This document shows, piece after piece, positions 1 to 7,809 of a stretch of 64,000 nucleotides of DNA; within the stretch, counting starts at the first letter, position 1, and every line of letters starts with the position of its first letter. The translations under genes and the position numbers were made by a program. The notes under the pieces are model-generated. The model worked only from the letters and a program-made list of their open reading frames with translations. It was not told the origin of the DNA and searched no databases. Source of the DNA: Candidatus Saccharibacteria bacterium UBA1932 (GTDB taxonomy: Bacteria > Patescibacteriota > Saccharimonadia > Saccharimonadales > Saccharimonadaceae); contig DDFI01000001.1 in the NCBI GenBank assembly GCA_002337095.1, positions 57,546-121,545 on the forward strand, in the 5' to 3' direction.

Positions 1-797
1 ACCTCCACAAAGTAATACGTCCCCTGCTGCCGCGACACAATATCAATCTCGCAGTATTTGGTGCGCCAATTGCGCGCAATAATGTCGTGCCCACGGCGCA
101 TCAGTTCGTTTGCCGCCGCGTCTTCACTGGCATTGCCAATATCGCGAGTAGAAAGGCGGTTACGCAGCTGCCGCGAGGACATCACAGAACCGACTGGCTG
201 CTCAGAATGCTGCACCTCCCGCAGGTCGCCACCGTTGGCATACCCTTGTAACGGCGCAAAACTCAATCGGTGCAGTGGCGTCACGCCGAGGTGGGCGATC
301 GCCTCGCGGTGGGCCTTGACGCCATAGCCGGCATGTCGCGCAAATCCATAGCCAGGATACAGCGCATCTTGCTCGGCCATATAGCGGTCGCGCTCCACCT
401 TGGCGATGATCGACGCCGCCGACACACTCGGAATCAACGCATCGGCTTTTGGCAAGGTCTTTACATAGTCGCCCTTGGTCGTGCCACTCAAAAAATTCAC
501 CGTGCCATCAATAATAATCTGATGATACGGTACGTGGATCTGTTCCACCGCCCGCCGCGTCGCTATGCGCAGTGCTTCGCTCATGCCAATCTGGTCCAGC
601 TCGGCGACAGTCACCCAACCCGTAGCGGTGGCAGCTGCTTGCTCGATGATCAGCAGGTATAGGGCTTCACGGCGCTTTTTGCTGAGTTTTTTGCTATCGT
701 CAAGCCCATCAATCTGCACCCCGCCCAGCACTACCGCACCCACCACCAGCGGGCCCGCCCAGGGGCCACGCCCCGCTTCGTCGATGCCAAGTATCAT
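1..797 (-). CDS. rnhB: Ribonuclease HII fused in-frame to a C-terminal YraN/UPF0102-like nuclease domain (runs off the window's left edge)
   Basis: Hand translation from ATG 797: MILGIDEAGRGPWAGPLVVGAV...DDSKKL...DG...KAD...SVSAASIIAKVERD...GYGVKAH...LHRLSF (RNase HII motifs). It continues without a stop into IGNASEDAAANELMRRGHDIIARNWRTKYCEIDIV...YFVEV (YraN-like). Absent from the ORF track because no stop codon lies inside the window. Confidence 0.92.
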   Translation of the reverse strand, partial: MILGIDEAGRGPWAGPLVVGAVVLGGVQIDGLDDSKKLSKKRREALYLLIIEQAAATATGWVTVAELDQIGMSEALRIATRRAVEQIHVPYHQIIIDGTVNFLSGTTKGDYVKTLPKADALIPSVSAASIIAKVERDRYMAEQDALYPGYGFARHAGYGVKAHREAIAHLGVTPLHRLSFAPLQGYANGGDLREVQHSEQPVGSVMSSRQLRNRLSTRDIGNASEDAAANELMRRGHDIIARNWRTKYCEIDIVSRQQGTYYFVE

Positions 798-884
798 ACC
801 TACTAGTATAAATCATTGCTTTTTCTTGCTATTTGTGCTATAATATAAATTAGTCCGTCACACCACAGCGTAGAGGAGTTCGTC

Positions 885-1190
885 ATGAACCATGACACGC
901 GTAACGCTCAATTCAAGCTGCAGGAGCTGGAGGCGGTCATCCGAGTGCACCGCGGCCTCAGTTCGATCTTCGTGGCTCCTGCGGGAGCCGAATACGACGT
1001 TGAACTGAAGCTAGCTGATGGCTTCACCGAGACGCGAACCCTATCGGAGCGAACCGTCGTAATCCTGGCGACACGTCCCGTCCGCGATGGCGGCCTCGGC
1101 CGCGAGGAGGGCGACGTAATCGCTGCACTGTGGGGCGTTCGCCATCGCGGCACGTCCTACCGTATCAAGCGCGAACGACCATCCTGGTGA
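885..1190 (+). CDS. Hypothetical protein (101 aa)
   Basis: ORF preceded by SD-like GAGGAG; no recognisable motif. Confidence 0.6.
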   Translation: MNHDTRNAQFKLQELEAVIRVHRGLSSIFVAPAGAEYDVELKLADGFTETRTLSERTVVILATRPVRDGGLGREEGDVIAALWGVRHRGTSYRIKRERPSW

Positions 1191-1244
1191 ACGGGCCCCG
1201 CGTCGAGCAACCGGCGCGGGGAGCACCCCATGCATATATTACCA

Positions 1245-1275
1245 AAAACTCCCGCGAGATTTCGCGGGAGTTTGA
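1245..1275. terminator. Hairpin between convergent genes, probable rplS/bidirectional terminator
   Basis: AAACTCCCGCGA-GATT-TCGCGGGAGTTT inverted repeat. Confidence 0.7.
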
Positions 1276-1292
1276 TTTGTTAGCAAGGGAAA

Positions 1293-1820
1293 CTAGGCAT
1301 CGTTGGCCTTGTGCGCAGCTTCGACAGCAGCGGCTTTGGCCTCGAGCTCAGCCTCGGCAGCAGCTTTTTCGGCAGCCTTGGCTTCGGCGGCCTTGGCGGC
1401 CTCTTGCTTCAGACGAGCGGCTTCTTCCTCGGCAGCTTGGTCGCGCACGGCGTTGACGCCCTCGCGGTCAAACTTAACAGCAGTCAGACGGGCAGATTTA
1501 CCGCTGCGCTGACGCAGATAGCTTAGGAAGTTGCGGCGCACCTTGCTGCGACGCACCACCTCGACACGCTCAACTAGCGGGCTGTGCAGCAGGAAGCTTT
1601 TTTCGACGCCGACACCCGAAGCAATTTTGCGCACGGTGATGCGGCTGGTGTGCTGGCCTTTGTTGTCGGTGCGAATCACGACGCCCTCGAACATCTGGAT
1701 ACGCTCTTTGGCGCCTTCTTTGATTTTTTGGTACACGCGCACGGTGTCGCCGCTACGCACGTCGACGACTTCGAGCTTTTTCTGCTGGTCGTTGACTTTT
1801 TGGATTAGTGCAAAACTCAT
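1293..1820 (-). CDS. rplS: 50S ribosomal protein L19 with Ala/Glu/Lys-rich C-terminal extension
   Basis: GDTVRV..KIKEG.KERIQ.FEGVVI..., VRKIASGVGVEKSF..HSP, VRRNFLSYLRQRSGKSAR motifs. Start placed at MSFAL (ATG 1820, GAGG upstream) rather than at the track's 1889. Confidence 0.97.
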   Translation of the reverse strand: MSFALIQKVNDQQKKLEVVDVRSGDTVRVYQKIKEGAKERIQMFEGVVIRTDNKGQHTSRITVRKIASGVGVEKSFLLHSPLVERVEVVRRSKVRRNFLSYLRQRSGKSARLTAVKFDREGVNAVRDQAAEEEAARLKQEAAKAAEAKAAEKAAAEAELEAKAAAVEAAHKANDA

Positions 1821-1963
1821 GATAATTCCTCTTGAAATTAGGGCAAACATTCGCTGGCTGGCCACGAAGCTGTACGACTCCGGCTCCACACCGCAAACGA
1901 GTGCAGTTGGTATATATACAATCGACTACTAACTATAGCATAGTTGCGCTCATTTGAAAAGGA

Positions 1964-2212
1964 TCAGACGCGAATTGCGTCGAGGTCGACACCGGCTTTG
2001 TCGGCAAGCACCTGGATGTACTTTTCGAGACGATTCAATTTGAACTGCATTCCTGCCATTTCCTGCGCATAGGTGTCAAGCTTGGCTGCGTAGCCATCGA
2101 TCACTTTCTCGAGGTGATCGAAGCGCGCGTCTACGGCCTCGAAGCGCTTATCGACTTCGTCAAAACGTTTTTCCATGTAGGTAAATAGCTTCATAAATTG
2201 ATCGTCATTCAT
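1964..2212 (-). CDS. Small coiled-coil protein (RFDEVDKRFEAVDARFDHLE heptads)
   Basis: Heptad pattern; ATG 2212 lies 6 nt after GTGG-TATACT. Confidence 0.7.
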   Translation of the reverse strand: MNDDQFMKLFTYMEKRFDEVDKRFEAVDARFDHLEKVIDGYAAKLDTYAQEMAGMQFKLNRLEKYIQVLADKAGVDLDAIRV

Positions 2213-2289
2213 ACGTCCAGTATACCACACTATGCGAATGGGGTCGGAGCGGCTCTCATGACGAAAACACGCTCCGACCCCTGTATGAA

Positions 2290-2733
2290 TCACGCGGTTC
2301 GGCGGCGAGTCACCAGATCGATGACCGGCGCCAGCATGTCTTGATTCACCGTCGGGCGACGGCCAAATGGCCGATCCTCGACCCGCGCAACGCTCGGGTC
2401 AAACAACGACGCCCGCTGGAGGTACCTGATGCGCCAGCAGCGGTAGTCACGCACCTCGGCCCGAATCAACCGCTCGATGCGCTGCATCGCAACGTGTGGC
2501 CAGCGCCCTGGGCCAGCGCAGTGGATCTCGATATAGCCAAGTGTTATCTCGGCCTTCCTGACATGCGGCAGCTGCAGCAATTGCCGCTCTAGCCGCAGTG
2601 CGTCTTCTACCTCCCACTTGGGTAGCAGATAGATACGCCGCACCAGATCACCGTGATACTTTTCAATGGTAATCTGAGCTGGCTCAGCGATTGGTGTACG
2701 CAGTACCGCAAGCAGTTCGGCGAGCATGATCAT
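2290..2733 (-). CDS. Hypothetical protein (147 aa)
   Basis: ORF with upstream TGGTATAAT and purine-rich leader; no recognised family. Confidence 0.55.
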   Translation of the reverse strand: MIMLAELLAVLRTPIAEPAQITIEKYHGDLVRRIYLLPKWEVEDALRLERQLLQLPHVRKAEITLGYIEIHCAGPGRWPHVAMQRIERLIRAEVRDYRCWRIRYLQRASLFDPSVARVEDRPFGRRPTVNQDMLAPVIDLVTRRRTA

Positions 2734-2826
2734 GCTGTCACCTTACCCTTTCATTTCAAAGGACAATGATTCATATACTATTATACCACAAATAACCTAC
2801 ATTTGCAATCGTCTATACTAGGTAGT

Positions 2827-3990
2827 ATGAACTATGACGAATTAGCCCTCGAACTTCACCGCCAATATCGCGGCAAGATTACTACCGCGCTGCGCGACAC
2901 CAGCGAGCTGGACCGCACCAAACTTAGCGCCTACTACAGCCCTGGTGTGGGCGCCGTCAGCCGCGAGATCGCTGCGCATCCCGACCAGTTAGGCACCTAC
3001 ACCTGGACGAACAACCTAGTGGCGGTCATCAGCGATGGCTCGGCGATCCTGGGCCTGGGTGACCTAGGGCCGCGCGCCAGCATGCCAGTGATGGAAGGCA
3101 AGGCGTTGCTATTCAAGCATTTCGCTGGTATTGACAGCATCCCGATCATTCTAGACGTGCACACGCCAGACGAAATTGTGGCTACGGTGAAGGCGATTGC
3201 GCCGAGCTTTGGCGCCATCAACCTAGAGGATATCGCCGCGCCAAAATGCTTTGAAATCGAAGAGCGCCTTAAGGCCGAGTGCGATATCCCCGTGTTCCAC
3301 GATGATCAGCACGGTACGGCGGTGGTGACGCTGGCTGGGCTGATCAACGCAATGAAAGTGACGGGGCGTGAGCTAGACGAGCTAAAGATCGTCATCGTCG
3401 GGGCTGGCGCGGCCGGTGTCTCGATTGCCAAGCTGATCGACCGTTACAACAACGTCACCTACCCCGAAGGTGGCGCCGGCGCGCGACTGTTTGCCGTCGA
3501 CAGCAAGGGCGTGATTGCCGACAGCCGCACCGACCTGAATGACTCAAAACGCCGCCTGCTTGCATACACCAACAAATCTGGCTTTACCGGCCAGCTGCAG
3601 GATGTATTGCAGGGCGCAAATGTGTTCATCGGGGTGTCGCAGGCAGGTGTATTGACCCCCGAACTTATCGCGCTGATGGACGACAATCCGATTATTTTTG
3701 CCCTGGCCAACCCCACCCCCGAAATCATGCCCGACGTCGCCCTGGCCGCCGGTGCCGCGGTGGTAGCGACGGGGCGCAGCGACTTCCCTAACCAAGTCAA
3801 CAACGCCATCGCGTTTCCGGGGATATTCCGCGGCGCACTCGACCACGGGGTGACGCAGATCACCGATGAGCACAAGCTCGCGGCCGCCGAGGCGATCGCG
3901 GGGCTTGTAGAGCACCCAAGTGCGGACGAAATCATCCCTAGTGTGTTTGACGATCGGCTCGTGTCAACGATTGCTGCCGTCATTGTGTAA
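2827..3990 (+). CDS. NAD(P)-dependent malic enzyme (short MaeB/YtsJ type)
   Basis: YSPGVG, AVISDGSAILGLG, PVMEGKA.LFK.FAGID, INLEDI, HDDQHGTA, GAGAAG, ATGRSDFPNQVNN motifs. Confidence 0.95.
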   Translation: MNYDELALELHRQYRGKITTALRDTSELDRTKLSAYYSPGVGAVSREIAAHPDQLGTYTWTNNLVAVISDGSAILGLGDLGPRASMPVMEGKALLFKHFAGIDSIPIILDVHTPDEIVATVKAIAPSFGAINLEDIAAPKCFEIEERLKAECDIPVFHDDQHGTAVVTLAGLINAMKVTGRELDELKIVIVGAGAAGVSIAKLIDRYNNVTYPEGGAGARLFAVDSKGVIADSRTDLNDSKRRLLAYTNKSGFTGQLQDVLQGANVFIGVSQAGVLTPELIALMDDNPIIFALANPTPEIMPDVALAAGAAVVATGRSDFPNQVNNAIAFPGIFRGALDHGVTQITDEHKLAAAEAIAGLVEHPSADEIIPSVFDDRLVSTIAAVIV

Positions 3991-4003
3991 TCTCGTGCGA
4001 GAC

Positions 4004-4027
4004 AAAGCCCCGCGAGGGCGGGGCTCG
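4004..4027. terminator. GC-rich hairpin terminator between convergent genes
   Basis: AGCCCCGC-GAGG-GCGGGGCT. Confidence 0.7.
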
Positions 4028-4034
4028 TACTAGG

Positions 4035-4181
4035 CTACTTGTCGTCTTGCTCTTGATCGTCTTGGTCGTCTACTTCGGCCGCATCATTGTCGATAAACGT
4101 ACCACTCGCCATCGTACCGGCGCCGTAGCCGCTGTAGACAGGGGTGATTGGCTGTTCTGATTGGTCATTGGTTGCTGTCAT
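4035..4181 (-). CDS. Small acidic protein (48 aa), below the ORF-track cutoff
   Basis: MTATNDQSEQPITPVYSGYGAGTMASGTFIDNDAAEVDDQDDQEQDDK*; AGGAGG lies 4 nt upstream of the ATG. Confidence 0.6.
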   Translation of the reverse strand: MTATNDQSEQPITPVYSGYGAGTMASGTFIDNDAAEVDDQDDQEQDDK

Positions 4182-4207
4182 GGTTCCTCCTGGGTATTGG
4201 TTTAGGT

Positions 4208-4660
4208 TTATAAGTACTCATTTACTTTCGTGCCCGTTGATCGCTCGCCAGGGTGATACGCCCCACGTACTCGCGGTGGCACAGCGACTGGTCCGCGGGC
4301 GACGGGCGGCGGCAGCACCTGCTTGCGTGGTTGTGGTGATATCTCGGCTGGTGGACGTGGTGCTAGCTCGGCCGATACATCGTCAGGGGCAATCTCGGCA
4401 TCGACGACATCGTCAAACCGTTCGGCAAGTGATGCAAGCCGTCCAACCCCTGGTACCACCGTCTCGGGTTCAGGCTCAGGCTCTTGCTTGGCAGTACGTG
4501 TAGGCTGCGACATCTCTGGCAATGGGCGGAATTCTGCCGCGCGCGCACGGTCAACATCTTCCTGAGACAGCCTGTGAACAAATGGCGGCTCTGATGATCG
4601 AATCACCCGAGGCAACTCGTCGCTAGGCCTATCCAACATTACGTCGATTCTTCCCTGCAT
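4208..4660 (-). CDS. Hypothetical Pro/Glu-rich, probably disordered protein
   Basis: ORF immediately downstream of pilB; TATAAT-6nt-ATG start. Confidence 0.65.
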   Translation of the reverse strand: MQGRIDVMLDRPSDELPRVIRSSEPPFVHRLSQEDVDRARAAEFRPLPEMSQPTRTAKQEPEPEPETVVPGVGRLASLAERFDDVVDAEIAPDDVSAELAPRPPAEISPQPRKQVLPPPVARGPVAVPPRVRGAYHPGERSTGTKVNEYL

Positions 4661-4667
4661 ATGCTTA

Positions 4668-6290
4668 TTATATCACCCTTCCGATTTCTTCGAGCGTCGT
4701 CTCGCCACGAAGTGCCGCCAGCACGCCCGTCTGCTCTAGCGTCAGCATACCGTGCGCACGGGCAGCTTGTTCGATGCTTTCGGGATGCACATCCTCGATA
4801 TCGCCGCGAATGAATTTTTGGATCTCGTCGTTTACCACCATTTGCTCCATAATCACCATACGGCCCTTGTAGCCAAACGGCGCATCGTCGGACGCAATCG
4901 GCCGCCACAGCTGAAACGTATCGAGGTCGGGGTGATCGACGCCATCGGGTAGGTCGGCCAGTACACGCTTCACATAATCGCGCGTGGCCGGATCGGGGTC
5001 GTAAGCCTGCTTGGTGGCATCAACCAGCCGCCGCACCAATCGCTGGGCAATCACCAGCCGAATCGCCGAGCTGAATATCGGGTTGACGCCGATGAGGTCG
5101 ATCATACGGCTAAATGCCGACGAGGTAGAATTGGCGTGAAAACTCGAGAGCACTAGGTGGCCAGTGATCGACGCCTGAATGGCGGTGCGCGCCGTGTCAG
5201 AGTCGCGGATCTCGCCGACCATCACCACATCGGGGTCGAGCCGCAGTACGCTACGCAGGCCATCGGCAAAACTACCACCATCGTTGGTGTTGATCGGGAT
5301 CTGCGCGATGCCCGTCAAGCCGTATTCGATTGGGTCTTCGAGCGTAATCAGCTTGCGATCAAGCGTATTGAGGGCATTGAGCATGCTATAAAGTGTCGTC
5401 GATTTGCCGCTGCCGGTGGGGCCGACCATGAGCACCAGGCCACGCGGATGGTGAATGATTTCGTCGATTTCGCGCCGCTGCGGTGCCGGAATGCCCAGCA
5501 GATCGAGGTTGAGCAGTGTTTCGTCAAAATTAAAGAGCCGTAGCACCGCATCTTGCCCGTACATCGTGGGGACGGTCTCGACACGTAGGTTAAGCAGATG
5601 CGTGGCATCGCCCCGCGTAATGTCGGTTTGCATATGCCCCGATTGCGAAGCCTGCGCCGCACTCGAAATGCCCGCGCGACTAGCCAGCTCACCCATAATC
5701 ACCCGGTAGCGGTCACGGTGCAGCTCGGCGACAGGGTGCAGCGCGCCATCGATACGCATACGGATACGGATCGCATCGCGCAGGTTCTCGATATGAATAT
5801 CACTGGCGCCCAGCAGATCAGCCTGATCGAGCAGATAGTCAAACACTTTGTCGCTACTCACGCTGTTGAGTGTCTGGCTGACGCGTTCGATCGTGTCGCT
5901 GTCGCCCTCGCGCGCGATCTCGATATTGTCGTAGTGCACCTGCTGCGGTGGGTCGTAGCGCAGCATAAAGGCCTTGAACCCGCTATTACTTATTAGGTAG
6001 AATTCGATATTTTTGCCATCGGTATTGTAGCTTTGGCGCATCGCCTGGGTAAGTGACTGCGGCGTCTGGGTAGTAATGCCAAACTGAAACGCCTCGGCGT
6101 CGTTGCCGCGATGCAGCGGAATAATATAGCCGCGATGCATCTGATCGACCGCCAAGATGCCATCGACAAGTGGCAGCGTCGCCTCGATATCGCGCGTATC
6201 AAGATAGCTCAGCCCCAAAATCGCTGCCCGCTGCCTGGTCGACTGCTCCTCGCTCTCCCGACGCTTGGCCTGTACATCCGCTTCGTTCAT
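4668..6290 (-). CDS. pilB: Type IV pilus/T2SS assembly ATPase (PilB/GspE family)
   Basis: ASDIHIE, RIDG, Walker A GPTGSGKSTT, TLEDPIE, LRLDPDVVMVGEIRD, GHLVLSSFHAN, AQRLVRR, GYKGR. Confidence 0.92.
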   Translation of the reverse strand: MNEADVQAKRRESEEQSTRQRAAILGLSYLDTRDIEATLPLVDGILAVDQMHRGYIIPLHRGNDAEAFQFGITTQTPQSLTQAMRQSYNTDGKNIEFYLISNSGFKAFMLRYDPPQQVHYDNIEIAREGDSDTIERVSQTLNSVSSDKVFDYLLDQADLLGASDIHIENLRDAIRIRMRIDGALHPVAELHRDRYRVIMGELASRAGISSAAQASQSGHMQTDITRGDATHLLNLRVETVPTMYGQDAVLRLFNFDETLLNLDLLGIPAPQRREIDEIIHHPRGLVLMVGPTGSGKSTTLYSMLNALNTLDRKLITLEDPIEYGLTGIAQIPINTNDGGSFADGLRSVLRLDPDVVMVGEIRDSDTARTAIQASITGHLVLSSFHANSTSSAFSRMIDLIGVNPIFSSAIRLVIAQRLVRRLVDATKQAYDPDPATRDYVKRVLADLPDGVDHPDLDTFQLWRPIASDDAPFGYKGRMVIMEQMVVNDEIQKFIRGDIEDVHPESIEQAARAHGMLTLEQTGVLAALRGETTLEEIGRVI

Positions 6291-6384
6291 AGTATTAGTG
6301 TAGCAAATTGGTTGTGGTTAGGATAGGGCCTAGATGGCTGAACTGTTAGACTATCAAGCGATGTTGTTACGCAATAACACAATT

Positions 6385-6758
6385 CTTCTTTTGCTACAAA
6401 AGAAGCAAAATACCGGGATGGCCGTCACGCTGCGGGGATGTTCCGCCCCCTCATCTCGGCTGGCTGCGCGCGGAGCAAAGCTCGTGCTCGTCATACCGGG
6501 ATGATCGGTTGTCACATCTCCGAGCTTGCCAGATCACCCCGAACCCCGTTAGCTACCTCGCTAGGCGAGATATCATTGCGGCTATAGCCACACAGTTACA
6601 TGGGCACTCTGCAGCCTCCAGGGAAACGACGACTGAGCGCCCTGGCATAGCGAGCACGAGCTTTGCTCCGCGCGCAGCTACCCAAAGAATTAGTGGCAAG
6701 CGAGACGCCGCGAGGTGAAGCCCACCCCATAGTTTTGCTTCTTTTGCGCCAAAAGAAG
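6385..6758. repeat. 374-bp nested palindromic element (MITE/REP-like or structured RNA)
   Basis: 26-bp terminal inverted repeats (6385-6410, 6733-6758), each a CTTCTTTTG-NNN-CAAAAGAAG hairpin; perfect 28-bp internal inverted repeat (6463-6490 / 6651-6678). Confidence 0.75.
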
Positions 6759-6821
6759 GGTATCTACAAAAAACACGCAACTCGGCACCCCGCCAAAATC
6801 CCGTATAGTATACTAGAAACA

Positions 6822-7328
6822 ATGCCCCGCATCATCGTCATCGCCCACAATATTCGCTCGACGCACAATGTCGGCTCGATTTTTCGTACAGCCGAAGGTT
6901 TTGGGGTGGAGCGAATTATTCTGAGCGGGTACACGCCATACCCTACTATCCCAGGCGACACGCGCTTGCCACACATTCGCGACAAACTCACCGCACAGAT
7001 ACACAAAACCGCCCTGGGCGCCGAGACGATGGTGCCGTACGAATACGATGAGCAGCTCGATACGTGGCTATGCCACAACGAAGAGCACGAGAATATTCCC
7101 ATTATCGCCCTAGAACAAACCCCCGACAGCATTAATCTACGCGACTTTACTCCTCCTGATACATTTGCGCTCTTGCTGGGCGAGGAAGTGCACGGCATCG
7201 AGCAACATTATCTAAATTATTGCGACACCATCCTCGAAATCCCAATGAGTGGCCACAAAGAATCATTCAATGTATCCGTCGCAACCGGCATCGCGCTGTA
7301 TGCATTAACGGCTTCCGGGCATGCCTAG
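6822..7328 (+). CDS. TrmH/SpoU-family RNA methyltransferase
   Basis: IAHNIRS.HNVGSIFRTAEGFG, LLLGEE..G, LEIPM.G.KESFNVSVATGI (SPOUT motifs); TATACT-7nt-ATG start at 6822. Confidence 0.93.
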   Translation: MPRIIVIAHNIRSTHNVGSIFRTAEGFGVERIILSGYTPYPTIPGDTRLPHIRDKLTAQIHKTALGAETMVPYEYDEQLDTWLCHNEEHENIPIIALEQTPDSINLRDFTPPDTFALLLGEEVHGIEQHYLNYCDTILEIPMSGHKESFNVSVATGIALYALTASGHA

Positions 7329-7577
7329 GGGCGCCGATGGTTTGCATGTGTTATTTTGAGGCTTATTTGGCACTTGATCGGCACGATACTGGAACAAAAA
7401 GTAACAGATAGGCCCTAGCAGAGGGATCAGAAGAACAAGAAGCCATAGAATTTTTCCCTTAAATCCGAGATTGCGGGATCGAATGACGCGCACTGCACAG
7501 TATACGCTCAGAGCGACCGGCAGCAGAATCACAACCAACATTACTACCTCGCTACTACCAAGTCCGTACATATCCAT
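7305..7577 (-). CDS. Small membrane protein, PLDc N-terminal-like domain
   Basis: Two hydrophobic helices with K.LW.LV.LIPLLGPI.YF pattern. Confidence 0.7.
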   Translation of the reverse strand: MDMYGLGSSEVVMLVVILLPVALSVYCAVRVIRSRNLGFKGKILWLLVLLIPLLGPICYFLFQYRADQVPNKPQNNTCKPSAPLGMPGSR

Positions 7578-7809
7578 AAAGTTACAATCCTTTTTTATTA
7601 CTTGCTTATGGTATATTCTACCATCACACTTGACAGAAGAAAAAGACTCTCGCGTATACTTACCGCTAGGTGCCTAGTTCAGTACATCTATTCATCGCAA
7701 ATGCCGCCGCCCAGGATCAATCCTGTGGAATGGCCGATGGCTGGGGGGTACACCTGTTCTGCTTCACACCTGCTGTCTGCGCCGAGACAATGGCACCATG
7801 CGCACTGTA

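Noticed and set aside
4035-4181. RiPP precursor interpretation of the small acidic ORF
   Set aside because: No modifying enzymes or peptidase-transporter nearby; no recognisable leader motif
6385-6758. tmRNA / RNase P / SRP RNA interpretation of the structured element
   Set aside because: No tRNA-like ends with CCA, no GAGGAAAGUCC core and no SRP loop; long perfect inverted repeats fit a DNA element better
6663-6821. N-terminal extension of the TrmH ORF given by the track
   Set aside because: It reads through the palindromic element; the family motif and a TATACT-7nt-ATG start begin at 6822
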